Shown: piece after piece, positions 26,313-35,525 of the stretch | How positions within the stretch are numbered: position 1 is the first letter of the stretch | Layout: each line of letters starts with the position of its first letter | Source: a virus | Virus record (IMG/VR): IMGVR_UViG_3300025759_000073 | Span: 1-64,000 of that record | Direction: 5' to 3' (one strand) | Length of the DNA: 64,000 nt | Notes under the pieces: generated by a model | Database searches by the model: none | Seen by the model: only the letters and a program-made list of their open reading frames with translations | Told to the model about the DNA's origin: nothing | Translations under genes and position numbers: made by a program

Positions 26313-27146
26313 TTATGCGCTTGAAGAGAAGTTGTTAACAGCGGAGCAAAGAAGTGAGCCGCCATCAACATCTCCTGTATAAATGCAAGAAACAACGTCA
26401 ACAGCATTTGCGGCTTCTGTCAAGGTAGGGAGCGTACCTCCCGGAAACAAATACTTTGAACCAAATGTTAACGCCCTAGAGCCTGTTTCGTCTTGTTTGA
26501 AAATAAAGTTGTATACTCCACCGTCTTGGCCGTTGGTTGGGTTTGACATTGTTACATTAGTGGCATTAACAAAGAAAATTTGACTTGTTCCGTTGTTTAA
26601 GTTAACAGAAACTGAGCCGGAGTTTTCAATTGTTGTTCCATACATCACTGCATATGCCTGACCTGACTCGACAGAAAGATTGCCCTGCACGGAAGTTGTT
26701 CCCAAGTTTGTTGCACCTAAAGTGGTAGCGCCATCGACACCCAAAGATCCAGTGATTTGAGTCCCAGAGGACGCACTTAGCTGAACCGAGCCTAACTCTG
26801 AATGTAGAGCGATAGACGCGGAGCCTGAAAGTCCGACAGACTCTGCTGCCAATTCAGCAATCGTAGATCCGTTAAGATAGGCTGCGGCGGCGGCGTTGAT
26901 CTGAAGCTGGTTGGCATCTGCTTGGATGTTGTTTCCACCTTCAACGCCGGAATAAAGATAAAGAGTTGCCGGAGTTTCAAATTCCCCAACAGCACCAGTC
27001 AAAGAAAGGTGTTTGTTTTCCACAGCAACAGAAGATTCTGATACTTTAAAATTTTGACTTCCTGATAAGGTGGTGCCGGTTGAAACATGTTGCACCGCTC
27101 CTGCGCCACCAACACCATCTACCTCTGCACCCTGTTTATAAGCCAT
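26313..27146 (-). CDS. fibre/decoration protein
   Basis: Ser/Gly/Thr-rich beta repeats plus C-terminal QD.TGSR.LTF...Y.FPGG..PTLT..ANAVDV domain typical of phage fibre tips. Confidence 0.65.
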   Translation of the reverse strand: MAYKQGAEVDGVGGAGAVQHVSTGTTLSGSQNFKVSESSVAVENKHLSLTGAVGEFETPATLYLYSGVEGGNNIQADANQLQINAAAAAYLNGSTIAELAAESVGLSGSASIALHSELGSVQLSASSGTQITGSLGVDGATTLGATNLGTTSVQGNLSVESGQAYAVMYGTTIENSGSVSVNLNNGTSQIFFVNATNVTMSNPTNGQDGGVYNFIFKQDETGSRALTFGSKYLFPGGTLPTLTEAANAVDVVSCIYTGDVDGGSLLCSAVNNFSSSA

Positions 27147-27162
27147 TTTCTATATCCTTTTA

Positions 27163-27657
27163 TTAATAAACAAACCAGTTGGAGCCGTTTGTAACAAAGT
27201 TGATAGCAGCATAGTTTTTAGTAATCGTGAAGGTTGCTCCGCCATCAATTGTTTCAGAGCCATATGCATCTACAACAATGTTATAATCTGCTGCACTTCC
27301 TTCGGTGTCTTTAACAATAAGCGCAAATCCGTTCCTAACAGTCGCAGCAGCGGGAAGATTGATTGTAACAGAAGCCTCAGCAGTGGTTGTTTTAACACCA
27401 ATCACACGGTCATTTGCAGTGACCGTTGTACTTTCTGTAATTTCTCTAAAATTAAAATTCATATTTTCAACCTCAAATAAAAAATCTTTTGGGCTTTCTC
27501 TCTCTGAAACAATATAAGCATTGTTTCTTTGATGCAACCCTGCTGCTGTTAGCGGCCCAATTGAAAAAGGAACCTGATCAATCGTCTTATCTCTTTGACT
27601 AGAAAGCTCTGCCAAAGTTTGAATAACAAAAGAAGAATCAGTATACCTTCTAGCCAT
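27163..27657 (-). CDS. virion structural/fibre-tip domain protein
   Basis: TINLP.A.....IVKD..G.A...NI.V...GSETIDG...NGSNW domain common in phage fibres. Confidence 0.6.
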   Translation of the reverse strand: MARRYTDSSFVIQTLAELSSQRDKTIDQVPFSIGPLTAAGLHQRNNAYIVSERESPKDFLFEVENMNFNFREITESTTVTANDRVIGVKTTTAEASVTINLPAAATVRNGFALIVKDTEGSAADYNIVVDAYGSETIDGGATFTITKNYAAINFVTNGSNWFVY

Positions 27658-28046
27658 TACTCGTCAATTCCTGAGCCTGTTAGGGCAAACATTCTAGCGT
27701 CATCAATCCTTGTCAATTCTGCAAAAACTTCGTAGGAACCAGCAGCCAAGTTTGGCTCTGTAATGTACATTTTGTCACATTTAACTTCGAAGCGATATCC
27801 TTGCGGCAAAGAACCAGTGTTCTTGACCGTGACATAATGATCTGCTTTTGCGTTAGTGTTGTTTAAAAAATGAACACGAAGATCATTAGCACCTTTGTTA
27901 ATCACAGTAAATGCCTTTGTGACAAAGGGAAAAGAAATCTCAACAGTTGTATTTTGAGTTAATGCAGAGCCAGTAACCCACGGGTGTCCACTCACTTGAT
28001 AAGACGCGGTGTTTCCAATTCCAGCATCGTAATATTTCCAAGTCAT
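27657..28046 (-). CDS. putative capsid decoration protein (paralog of 39023-39433)
   Basis: GIGNTASYQVSGHPWVT versus GLGHVGSYQVSSRPYLT in the paralog. Confidence 0.55.
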   Translation of the reverse strand: MTWKYYDAGIGNTASYQVSGHPWVTGSALTQNTTVEISFPFVTKAFTVINKGANDLRVHFLNNTNAKADHYVTVKNTGSLPQGYRFEVKCDKMYITEPNLAAGSYEVFAELTRIDDARMFALTGSGIDE

Positions 28047-28291
28047 TTTGATTTATTCCTTTTTCTTGCCTTGAACTTTTCGAACTGCTTTGCAGCCTTT
28101 CGAGCATCTCTTTCTCTTTGTCTTTGCGCTCTTTCGCGCTTTCTTCTCTTTCTTACAGAAGGTTTAAGATATTCTTTTCTTTCCCTTGCTTCTTCAACGA
28201 TCCTTTCTTTTTTGCACTTTTTGATGAATCGCCTAACAAGGTTTTCTTCTGTTTCATTTTTTCTTTTAAAGATTTTTACATTTGTAGCCAT
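28043..28291 (-). CDS. rpsU: ribosomal protein bS21
   Basis: NE..E.LVRRF.KKC....IV.E.R.R..YLKPS..KRRK signature; 82 aa, highly basic. Confidence 0.9.
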   Translation of the reverse strand: MATNVKIFKRKNETEENLVRRFIKKCKKERIVEEARERKEYLKPSVRKRRKRERAQRQRERDARKAAKQFEKFKARKRNKSK

Positions 28292-28300
28292 TTTATTCCC

Positions 28301-28696
28301 TTAAATTAGTTTAGACCAGTTTCCCATTCCCGGGAGTGCTGTAATATCAATACCAGCATCATTTGGATCTTGATTTGCCAAAGGGGAACGGCTGCTTTCC
28401 TGAGCAGTCATTGGCTTTGTGTTTTCAAAAACATTCACACCATTGAACCTTTGGCTCCCAATCGAATCCAAAAGCTTTTTTCTTGCTTCTTGATTTTTTC
28501 TATTTTGTTCTTCCACTCTAATCTTTTGAGATTGATTGGTTTTCTTTTCTTCGACAATAACTTGTGCCTTAGCCAAGCCAATTGCTGTCTCTTGAATAAT
28601 AGAAGCTAAAAGGCCGTCTTTTGTCAAAGATTCTTCAATAACTTCTTTAACAATGGGTCTGATAATGTTTTTTAGCTTTTCGAGATTGATCTTCAT
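28301..28696 (-). CDS. hypothetical head-module protein
   Basis: N-terminal LKNIIRPIVKEVIEE leader-like helix; C-terminal DPNDAGIDI. Confidence 0.7.
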   Translation of the reverse strand: MKINLEKLKNIIRPIVKEVIEESLTKDGLLASIIQETAIGLAKAQVIVEEKKTNQSQKIRVEEQNRKNQEARKKLLDSIGSQRFNGVNVFENTKPMTAQESSRSPLANQDPNDAGIDITALPGMGNWSKLI

Positions 28697-28697
28697 A

Positions 28698-29297
28698 TTA
28701 TCCCTTTAAAATATCGTCTAAAAGTGAATTGATTTTTACATTTTTGTTTTCGTGAAGCCTTTGTTTTTCTTCTTGGAAAAGAAAAGCACCAGAAGTAGAA
28801 GGTTCTTGTACAATGTCAAAGCAAATAAGTTGGAAGTCATCTTCTACTAATGTTCTGCCGGCAGACTCAACAACAGAGCCTAATCCACGCGATGAGATCC
28901 CAATCTTAACTCCACCTTCAACCAAAGCGCGAAGAGTTTGACCAGAAGGTGTATTCAGCACTTGCAATTTTCCATAAACGTTATTACCATCCCACCAGCA
29001 ATCAGTAACTTTGTGGGAAACATTGCGAAGGTTAACAACAGAAGAGTCTGGGTGATCTAATTCACCAACTGCTCTTCCTTCTTCGATCAGTCTGCGGTAA
29101 GTGTCCATTTCTCTTTGCAGGATAGGTCGGGGATAAACTCTGCCATTACCATTCAAATGCTCTGCTCTTTGGATCACACCAGAAAGAAAAAGAGCACCGT
29201 TTTCCCTAACCATTCTTTTTTCCGATTCCGTTAATATATCTTCGCAAACCCCATTGGGGCATAATTCATAAAACTCTGTTAATAACTTCTTTGACAT
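28698..29297 (-). CDS. prohead core protease (T4 gp21-like)
   Basis: NGNGRVYP, GELDHP, VSH, TPSG, GISSRGLGS, FDIV.EPST. Confidence 0.95.
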   Translation of the reverse strand: MSKKLLTEFYELCPNGVCEDILTESEKRMVRENGALFLSGVIQRAEHLNGNGRVYPRPILQREMDTYRRLIEEGRAVGELDHPDSSVVNLRNVSHKVTDCWWDGNNVYGKLQVLNTPSGQTLRALVEGGVKIGISSRGLGSVVESAGRTLVEDDFQLICFDIVQEPSTSGAFLFQEEKQRLHENKNVKINSLLDDILKG

Positions 29298-29344
29298 TAT
29301 ACAAGTCCCTTTTACTTTTTGAACGCCGCCGCTAGCGGCACGAG

Positions 29345-29401
29345 CTACTTACCTTTACAACAGCGTCGAACTGGTTGCAATTTCCATTTTTCGTTCCACA
29401 T
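29345..29401 (-). CDS. 18-aa Cys-containing micropeptide MWNEKWKLQPVRRCCKGK
   Basis: AAGGAG SD 6 nt before ATG; fills the gap between two genes; below the ORF-track length cutoff. Confidence 0.6.
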   Translation of the reverse strand: MWNEKWKLQPVRRCCKGK

Positions 29402-29403
29402 AG

Positions 29404-29688
29404 TTAGCTCCTTTCCACTCTTATTCCAGAGTCTCCAAAAAGATTACACAAAACATATGCTGTGCCTGAATTTAAACAACCCAAACAAAAGCAATTTGCT
29501 ATTGTGACATCAAAATTAAATAGTGATACAAAGGGATTTATTGTACACAAAAAAACCCCAACCCAAAAACCGACGCACATCGGACAATGAAAAAAATGAT
29601 GCTTTGGACGAATGTTATCAAAAATAAAACCATAAACCAAAATCTGTGTCATTCCAAAACCAACTAGCAAAAAATAAAATAAATCCAT
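29404..29688 (-). CDS. small membrane protein with CPxC motif (DUF1360-like)
   Basis: Hydrophobic segments, FHCPMCVGFWVG; ATG overlaps upstream TGA. Confidence 0.7.
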   Translation of the reverse strand: MDLFYFLLVGFGMTQILVYGFIFDNIRPKHHFFHCPMCVGFWVGVFLCTINPFVSLFNFDVTIANCFCLGCLNSGTAYVLCNLFGDSGIRVERS

Positions 29689-30239
29689 CAATTATCCTTC
29701 TCAATGCCCTCATAGACATAGGGCCTGTATCCATAACCATATCCATAATATTTATTAGGAGGAACTGATCCTTGTCTTTCTTTGTGTGGAACTTCGCCAA
29801 GCTCCGTGGACTCTTCCGGTGTTGGATTGGTTAGATCTTCTTCATATTGATCTTCAAAAGTTTCAATAAAATTAATATACTTTTCGTTTTCTTTTAGATA
29901 CTTGTGGATTAGAAAAATAACAACATCGAAAGAATTTAAGTCATCATCTTTTGGCTCTAACAGTTTCGCACCCAAAGAGTTTGGAACATAGCCGGCTTTA
30001 ATGGACGTGTAATCTGTTGCACCTTTTTGACATAGATAATTTAAAAACTCATCTTGAATCGGATAAGCGTCTGCACCGTGCTCCTGCTTTGCAACGGTGA
30101 TAACCTTTTTGTTTTTCACATCCAAATGTATATCGAATTCAGGATGACTATTAAACATTAGATCGCCATTCAAGGTCTTGACGCATTCAATTTCAATCTC
30201 TTTATGATAGCCCGGAGGTTGAATTTTAATCTTAAACAT
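29688..30239 (-). CDS. hypothetical head-module protein
   Basis: 183-aa ORF, coupled to neighbours; P..E.STELGEVP motif. Confidence 0.75.
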   Translation of the reverse strand: MFKIKIQPPGYHKEIEIECVKTLNGDLMFNSHPEFDIHLDVKNKKVITVAKQEHGADAYPIQDEFLNYLCQKGATDYTSIKAGYVPNSLGAKLLEPKDDDLNSFDVVIFLIHKYLKENEKYINFIETFEDQYEEDLTNPTPEESTELGEVPHKERQGSVPPNKYYGYGYGYRPYVYEGIEKDN

Positions 30240-31044
30240 TCTTGAACTCTCTTATAAGCTGCTGGATTTTAAGAATTTTAAGGACCATTTTGTCGTCAAT
30301 CTGCTCCGCCTCTTTGAGGGTCTGTTTTACTTTGGAAATCTTATCTTTAACTTGTGGGTTGATCTCTTTTGTTTCGATCAAACGAAGATCAGCTTCAATT
30401 TTTTCCATTTCCTGCTCCAAGAAGAGAACAACCTCAGAATTGGAGCCATCTAGGGAGAAAAGATATCTTTTGATCAGATCTTTTTGTTCTTCGAAGAGAT
30501 CTTCTCCGTATTTCTCGTTGAACTTTTTCATAAAAACATCAAAAACAAGATTGTCTGTAACAACTTCTTTCTTTTCTTGGATTGGTTTCAACATTCCTTT
30601 AACAACTTCATTCTCCAACAGAACGCGGTTTTTAACACTCGTATCCCTATTGAAGATCTGTGAAATAGAAGCGATTGTTTTGTAATTGGGAAGAAAGTAA
30701 TTGAAAATACCAGAACCCAACTCTTTGTTCATAAAATTGATCAATCTTGTTTGCTCGTTGAAAAGCTCTTTTTCATCAATCTTGTAATTTTTATCTTTCG
30801 CTTCGTGAAGAAGACGATGAGCATTGTTCAAAGAACAATTGGTGGTATTGTAAAGAGTCTTATAGGTATCCAATTGCCTATTCAGACTTGTACCTTTTTT
30901 GAAAAACTCTTTAAGACAATCTTTAATCTTTGCAGCCTTCTCTTTATCTTTGTTTAATACTGAGATTGTCATTTCCCTGACTAAACACTCATAAAGAAAA
31001 GCAGTGTTTCTTTTCTTATTATGCTTGAGCTTTTTAGTTTTCAT
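30232..31044 (-). CDS. conserved hypothetical head-module protein
   Basis: KHNKKRNTAFLYECLVRE N-terminus; directly after portal. Confidence 0.8.
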   Translation of the reverse strand: MKTKKLKHNKKRNTAFLYECLVREMTISVLNKDKEKAAKIKDCLKEFFKKGTSLNRQLDTYKTLYNTTNCSLNNAHRLLHEAKDKNYKIDEKELFNEQTRLINFMNKELGSGIFNYFLPNYKTIASISQIFNRDTSVKNRVLLENEVVKGMLKPIQEKKEVVTDNLVFDVFMKKFNEKYGEDLFEEQKDLIKRYLFSLDGSNSEVVLFLEQEMEKIEADLRLIETKEINPQVKDKISKVKQTLKEAEQIDDKMVLKILKIQQLIREFKNV

Positions 31045-33001
31045 CTTTATTCTCCAATTCTTTCAAGAGCTTATCCACTTCTCTTGTGTTGTTTATAACA
31101 TCTGAATAATTAGATCCTTTTCCCTCATACATCCCCCTGCTCGATCTTACAAATGAATTAAAATCTGGAAAGATATTCTCTTTAGATCTACTAGCGGAAC
31201 GATCTGAATACTTTGCTTTGTAGTTTTTCTTTTTTGGAGCCAGTGATGTTCTTTTATCACTGGTGACTGGTTTATACCACTTTCCTTTTGATTTGGAAGT
31301 TGTTGTCATTCCATCTTTTTCGTATTTATATTCTTCGTCATCTCTCTTACCCGGGGTAGCTAGCAGCATAGGCTCTTCTCCACCTCCGCCGGCATCACCG
31401 CCTAAATCTAAACCGGTGTCTTCACCACCGCCGGCTTCGCCACCAAGATCTAAATCTAAACCGGTGTCTAATTCTCCAGCATCTGTTCCGGCAGCATCTC
31501 CGCCTAGGTCATCTCCAGCGCCGCCAATTCCACCTCTTTCATTTTCTGCCACTTCTGCTACTTTTTCCAATTCTGCAATAAACACGCGGTCGTAGAACTG
31601 CTCTCTTTCGTTTCTTAGTTGATCTGCCTCGGAAAGGTTGAAAATATTCTCACCAATCCAACGACGAGAGAAGTAAGTTTCAGTTGCAGATGCAGCAATA
31701 TCAAACTTGGTTCGCCAGTATTCCAACTCTTGGAGTTCTGCAATTCTGGACGGGTTGCTCAAACGCAGCTTGAAAGAAACCAGATCTTTGTTTTTGTAGC
31801 CTAAAGTGTGAAGGTGAATGATCCCGATCTTTTCCAATTCAGAGATCACCGATCTTTGCAACCTTTGAATTGTTCTTGCAAAGCGAACGTCTTTTTGCGC
31901 CAGAGCGCCTTTTTCGACTTCACCACCAGCCTCTCCGCCGGCAAGGTAAGACTCTGGAACTTTCAAAGCAGCAAACAACTTAGCACGAAGATACTTTACA
32001 TCATCAATATCACCGGTAAACTGACCACCGGCCAAAGAAGAAATGTCAGAGCCAACTCCGTTTCGCACAGGAAGGAAGTAATCTTCTTCAACAGAAAGAG
32101 GGTTATAGCGAAGGTCAACGCGACCGGTGTCAGGGTCAATAACCTGATTTCTTTTCATTTGGGTCATAACCCTTTGGACATACTGCTCCACTTCCTGCGG
32201 AGGAATGTTACCAACTTCAATCTTGAAGATCCTTCTTTCCGGAGAGCGAACAATGCGATAAGCCATCATTGCATCTTCAATAAGAGTTAATTGTCGCCAA
32301 ATCCTTCTCGCTGGCTCCAAAACAGAAGTCCCATAGGGAGAATATTTATCATTTCCTAAGATGCGGAAGTGAGCAACTTGCCAGTTTTCAAAAGTTAAAC
32401 CACCCGAGTTCCACTGGTATTGAATATAATTTGGATTTGTTTTATCCAAACCTTCCAACCTTTCAAGCTCGTGCGTTGGAAGCCCAATGGCATTTGTGAT
32501 ACCTTTTCCTTCTTCGATATCCAAGTAAAGAAAGAAGTCTCCGAACTTACACATCGAACGACACCATCCAAAAAGATTAAACTCAACATTCAAAATGTCC
32601 ATATAAAGCTCTTCTAGAATATATTTAATCTCTTGATTTCTGGTGTCAATTGTTAAAAGATTGTTGATGAAAGTAGAGGTTGTCATTTCATCTGCGTAAA
32701 TATCAATGGCTGACGCAATCTCTGGCATATACTCCATTTGCTCGAAGTCTGCGTATCTTTCTGCTCGCCCTTGGGATGCAACATAATTGTAGGTTGTATT
32801 GGCGAATGGATCGTGAATAGATTTTTTGAATTGCTTACCAGAAGCAGACGTAAAGTTGTACTTATCCATCTGCCTTCTTCGCTCTTTTCGATAGGTTTGA
32901 GAGCGATAATTAACAATCGGACCAGAGAAAAGCCTAGTCAATCTTTGGAAAAGATTAGAATTAGGGTTTCTGTTACCTTTATCATTTTTCGGAGCAGCCA
33001 T
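31034..33001 (-). CDS. portal protein (T4 gp20-like)
   Basis: PEIASAIDIYADE, YGTSVLE, EDAMMAYRIVRSPERRIF.I.VGN, EDYFLPVR, DDVKY...KLF.ALKVP, D.RF. Confidence 0.95.
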   Translation of the reverse strand: MAAPKNDKGNRNPNSNLFQRLTRLFSGPIVNYRSQTYRKERRRQMDKYNFTSASGKQFKKSIHDPFANTTYNYVASQGRAERYADFEQMEYMPEIASAIDIYADEMTTSTFINNLLTIDTRNQEIKYILEELYMDILNVEFNLFGWCRSMCKFGDFFLYLDIEEGKGITNAIGLPTHELERLEGLDKTNPNYIQYQWNSGGLTFENWQVAHFRILGNDKYSPYGTSVLEPARRIWRQLTLIEDAMMAYRIVRSPERRIFKIEVGNIPPQEVEQYVQRVMTQMKRNQVIDPDTGRVDLRYNPLSVEEDYFLPVRNGVGSDISSLAGGQFTGDIDDVKYLRAKLFAALKVPESYLAGGEAGGEVEKGALAQKDVRFARTIQRLQRSVISELEKIGIIHLHTLGYKNKDLVSFKLRLSNPSRIAELQELEYWRTKFDIAASATETYFSRRWIGENIFNLSEADQLRNEREQFYDRVFIAELEKVAEVAENERGGIGGAGDDLGGDAAGTDAGELDTGLDLDLGGEAGGGEDTGLDLGGDAGGGGEEPMLLATPGKRDDEEYKYEKDGMTTTSKSKGKWYKPVTSDKRTSLAPKKKNYKAKYSDRSASRSKENIFPDFNSFVRSSRGMYEGKGSNYSDVINNTREVDKLLKELENKDEN

Positions 33002-33004
33002 TTT

Positions 33005-34603
33005 TTATCCTTTGTATACCCAGCTAAATTGTTCTTGTTGTTTCGCAGCTTGTCTTGCTTTTCTTTGCAGATCTGCACTTCTATTATAGTCTTTTTGGCC
33101 CGGAACTCTAACATCTAATCCGGATCTTGTTGACATAATCCCACCAATCAAGGCTCTTTTAAAGTCATCGTTTCTTCTTCCTTGCACAATGGCAGTGTCC
33201 CTAACCCAACAGGCAATTGCCAAAGACATTGTAAGGTCATCGTTGTAACCTTTCATCGCCTCTGGGCGACCATTGTTCCAAACAAACGTTCTTAGCTCTT
33301 GTATAAGGCGGTTTGACTTGATATTAAGTAGTTTATTTCTTATGAATTCTTCCAACTTTGCAATGATCAGGGGTCTGGTCTTATGAGAAGTTGAAAAACC
33401 GGGAACAGACCCAGTTCTCGTTTCAGCGGTGAAAGAATCAATATATTCACCTGAACCTTTAATAGAAAAATAAAGATTTGGATATCCTGCTTCAATCAAT
33501 TTTTCTAAAACCGCGTATCCAATGTTGTTATTTTCGACAACCAAAAGAGGATTTCCATATTCCCTTGCAACATCTTGCAAAAAGGTCGCAAAAAGATCAA
33601 TTGAAGGCTTCCCGCAGTATTCTGCTACGATGTCCATCTCTTCAACGTCAATAACATGGAAAGCAGAGTGGTCTCTTCCGTCGCCCCTAGCAACATCTGC
33701 CGAGATAAGGTAGTTTTTACCTTTTTCGGCCTCTTTCCAGATCCAATAGTTCCTGTCAAACCCTGACTTGTACTTTGGAACTGCCACTTTCTTCTCATAA
33801 TAAGTAAGATCGTCGGCGTGAACAACGGTTTCACCGGAAGCATTGAAAGAGCAAAGGTATTCCTGTGCAATTTTTCTTTGCGGAAGGTTATTTGTCTCTT
33901 TTTTGAACCAATTATCATCTCTTTCAGGGTGGACATCCCATGGCAAAGTGGTCAAAAAGAAGTCGTTTTCGCTGTTTTCTGCTCCAACACACATTTTGTG
34001 GAACCAGTTCCCAACACCCATTGGAGAAGAAAGTGCAATAACGCGACCACCGGTTGAAATTGTAGGATAAAGACCAGCCCAAAGCTCATCCATATTCTCA
34101 ATGTGAGCGGCCTCATCAATAACCAAAAGAGAAAGAGCTTCTGAACGACCTGCATCAGCAGAAGTCGCAGATGCTTTGATTTGTGAGCCGTTTGAAAGTT
34201 CAAAAGAAGTTCGGTTGTCAATCTTGATTGATGCAATCCTCATCCAGCTAGGGAGAGAGTTCATCATTTGCTTAACTTTTCTAACCAAGTTTCCTGCTGT
34301 TTGAAGCTTTGTTGCAATAACAAGAATGTTTTTGTTTTGAGAAAACAACATCATCCAAAGAATATAGGATGCACTCAAAGTAGAGATGCCCAACTGCCTT
34401 GCTTTAAGGATAATGTTGTAGCGATTGTTTTGAAATTCTTTTAAAAGCTCTGTCTGGAAGGGGTAAGTTTTGAAAGGGACTGCGCCACGAACTGGGTGGA
34501 CAGTTTTTACATAATTGTTGATAAAATAAACCGGGTCTCTACCTGATTTGAGAATTTCCGCTTTAATTTGTTTCTTTGAGATTCTTGCAGCATTTTTAGA
34601 CAT
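33005..34603 (-). CDS. terminase large subunit (gp17-like)
   Basis: KARQLGIST Walker A, LVIDEAAH Walker B, QEYLC.F, DVARGDG.D.S, VENN, NDDL.M nuclease motifs. Confidence 0.95.
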   Translation of the reverse strand: MSKNAARISKKQIKAEILKSGRDPVYFINNYVKTVHPVRGAVPFKTYPFQTELLKEFQNNRYNIILKARQLGISTLSASYILWMMLFSQNKNILVIATKLQTAGNLVRKVKQMMNSLPSWMRIASIKIDNRTSFELSNGSQIKASATSADAGRSEALSLLVIDEAAHIENMDELWAGLYPTISTGGRVIALSSPMGVGNWFHKMCVGAENSENDFFLTTLPWDVHPERDDNWFKKETNNLPQRKIAQEYLCSFNASGETVVHADDLTYYEKKVAVPKYKSGFDRNYWIWKEAEKGKNYLISADVARGDGRDHSAFHVIDVEEMDIVAEYCGKPSIDLFATFLQDVAREYGNPLLVVENNNIGYAVLEKLIEAGYPNLYFSIKGSGEYIDSFTAETRTGSVPGFSTSHKTRPLIIAKLEEFIRNKLLNIKSNRLIQELRTFVWNNGRPEAMKGYNDDLTMSLAIACWVRDTAIVQGRRNDDFKRALIGGIMSTRSGLDVRVPGQKDYNRSADLQRKARQAAKQQEQFSWVYKG

Positions 34604-34611
34604 TTCAATCC

Positions 34612-35124
34612 TTAAAATGGAGTGTTGTTCTTACCCAAGGCGATAAATCTTTTGGTTGCATCTCTTACGAGGTCTTCACCATCATCGTAGGGGTTAGGCT
34701 CTCCCTTGATATTGTTAATCTTGTAATGCTTGACACATTGAACAAAGTTTCTTTTTCTAGAGACCGACTGCATAAGAATGTCACACTCACCTTCTTCGGT
34801 CAAACGAAGGGAACGACCGGTGTGTTTTTTGTATTCTGTTTGAAGATATTTGACAATATTAGCATAAATCTCTTCTACTTCTTGTTCGTAGTCACAACTA
34901 TGAATATGCTTCAGATCGACATCAGCTTGATAAGTGATAACCATTTTATTTCCGTGAAAACGAACTTTAAAGCCGTCCAAAAGTTGATGCTCTGTATGGG
35001 GAACTTCTTGATCTCGTTTCAAGCCCACTTTAATTTTCTCACCAGTTCTAGGATCGTAAGCGCCGTGATAGGTATTTGCCAATACTTGGGAAATTCCTCT
35101 AACTACTGCTAACATTTCTGACAT
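34612..35124 (-). CDS. conserved hypothetical protein
   Basis: 170-aa ORF with SD directly upstream of terminase. Confidence 0.75.
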   Translation of the reverse strand: MSEMLAVVRGISQVLANTYHGAYDPRTGEKIKVGLKRDQEVPHTEHQLLDGFKVRFHGNKMVITYQADVDLKHIHSCDYEQEVEEIYANIVKYLQTEYKKHTGRSLRLTEEGECDILMQSVSRKRNFVQCVKHYKINNIKGEPNPYDDGEDLVRDATKRFIALGKNNTPF

Positions 35125-35156
35125 ATTTAAATCTCCAATAAAACAATTTGTTTGTA

Positions 35157-35164
35157 ATAAATAG
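35157..35164 (-). promoter_or_regulatory. candidate late promoter motif CTATTTAT
   Basis: Intergenic copy 33 nt upstream of the first gene of the terminase-portal run. Confidence 0.65.
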
Positions 35165-35183
35165 TAATTAGAAGGTTAAAAGA

Positions 35184-35525
35184 CTATTTTTTGTCTGGTC
35201 TCCAACCTTCCTTCCATCTTTGTTCTCTGCCTTCAATCCACTGTACATAGCAATCAAAACAGCAGGAAAACTTTGTGAAATAAACATCGTGTCTTGAGCC
35301 AATCTTTGTTTGTTCACAAGTTGAACAAACTCTTGCTACTTTTGAGAGGTTTTGTTTTGCTTTCTTCTCTAAATCTCTCTTTCTTTTTTCCTTTTCTTTC
35401 AATTGTTCAAGATATTCTTTTTCTTTTTCTTGATCCCAGCCTGCTTTTGGGTTTTGAACTGCCTCTGCACCCCATTTTTCGGAGATTGCTTTCTCCATTT
35501 TCACAACGTAGTTTTGGTCTTTCAT
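35184..35525 (-). CDS. zinc-finger-containing hypothetical protein
   Basis: CSTC...CCFDC; WIEGRE.RW. Confidence 0.7.
   Translation of the reverse strand: MKDQNYVVKMEKAISEKWGAEAVQNPKAGWDQEKEKEYLEQLKEKEKRKRDLEKKAKQNLSKVARVCSTCEQTKIGSRHDVYFTKFSCCFDCYVQWIEGREQRWKEGWRPDKK

Noticed and set aside
34612-35124. Terminase small subunit by position
   Set aside because: No motif I can recognise; position alone is insufficient
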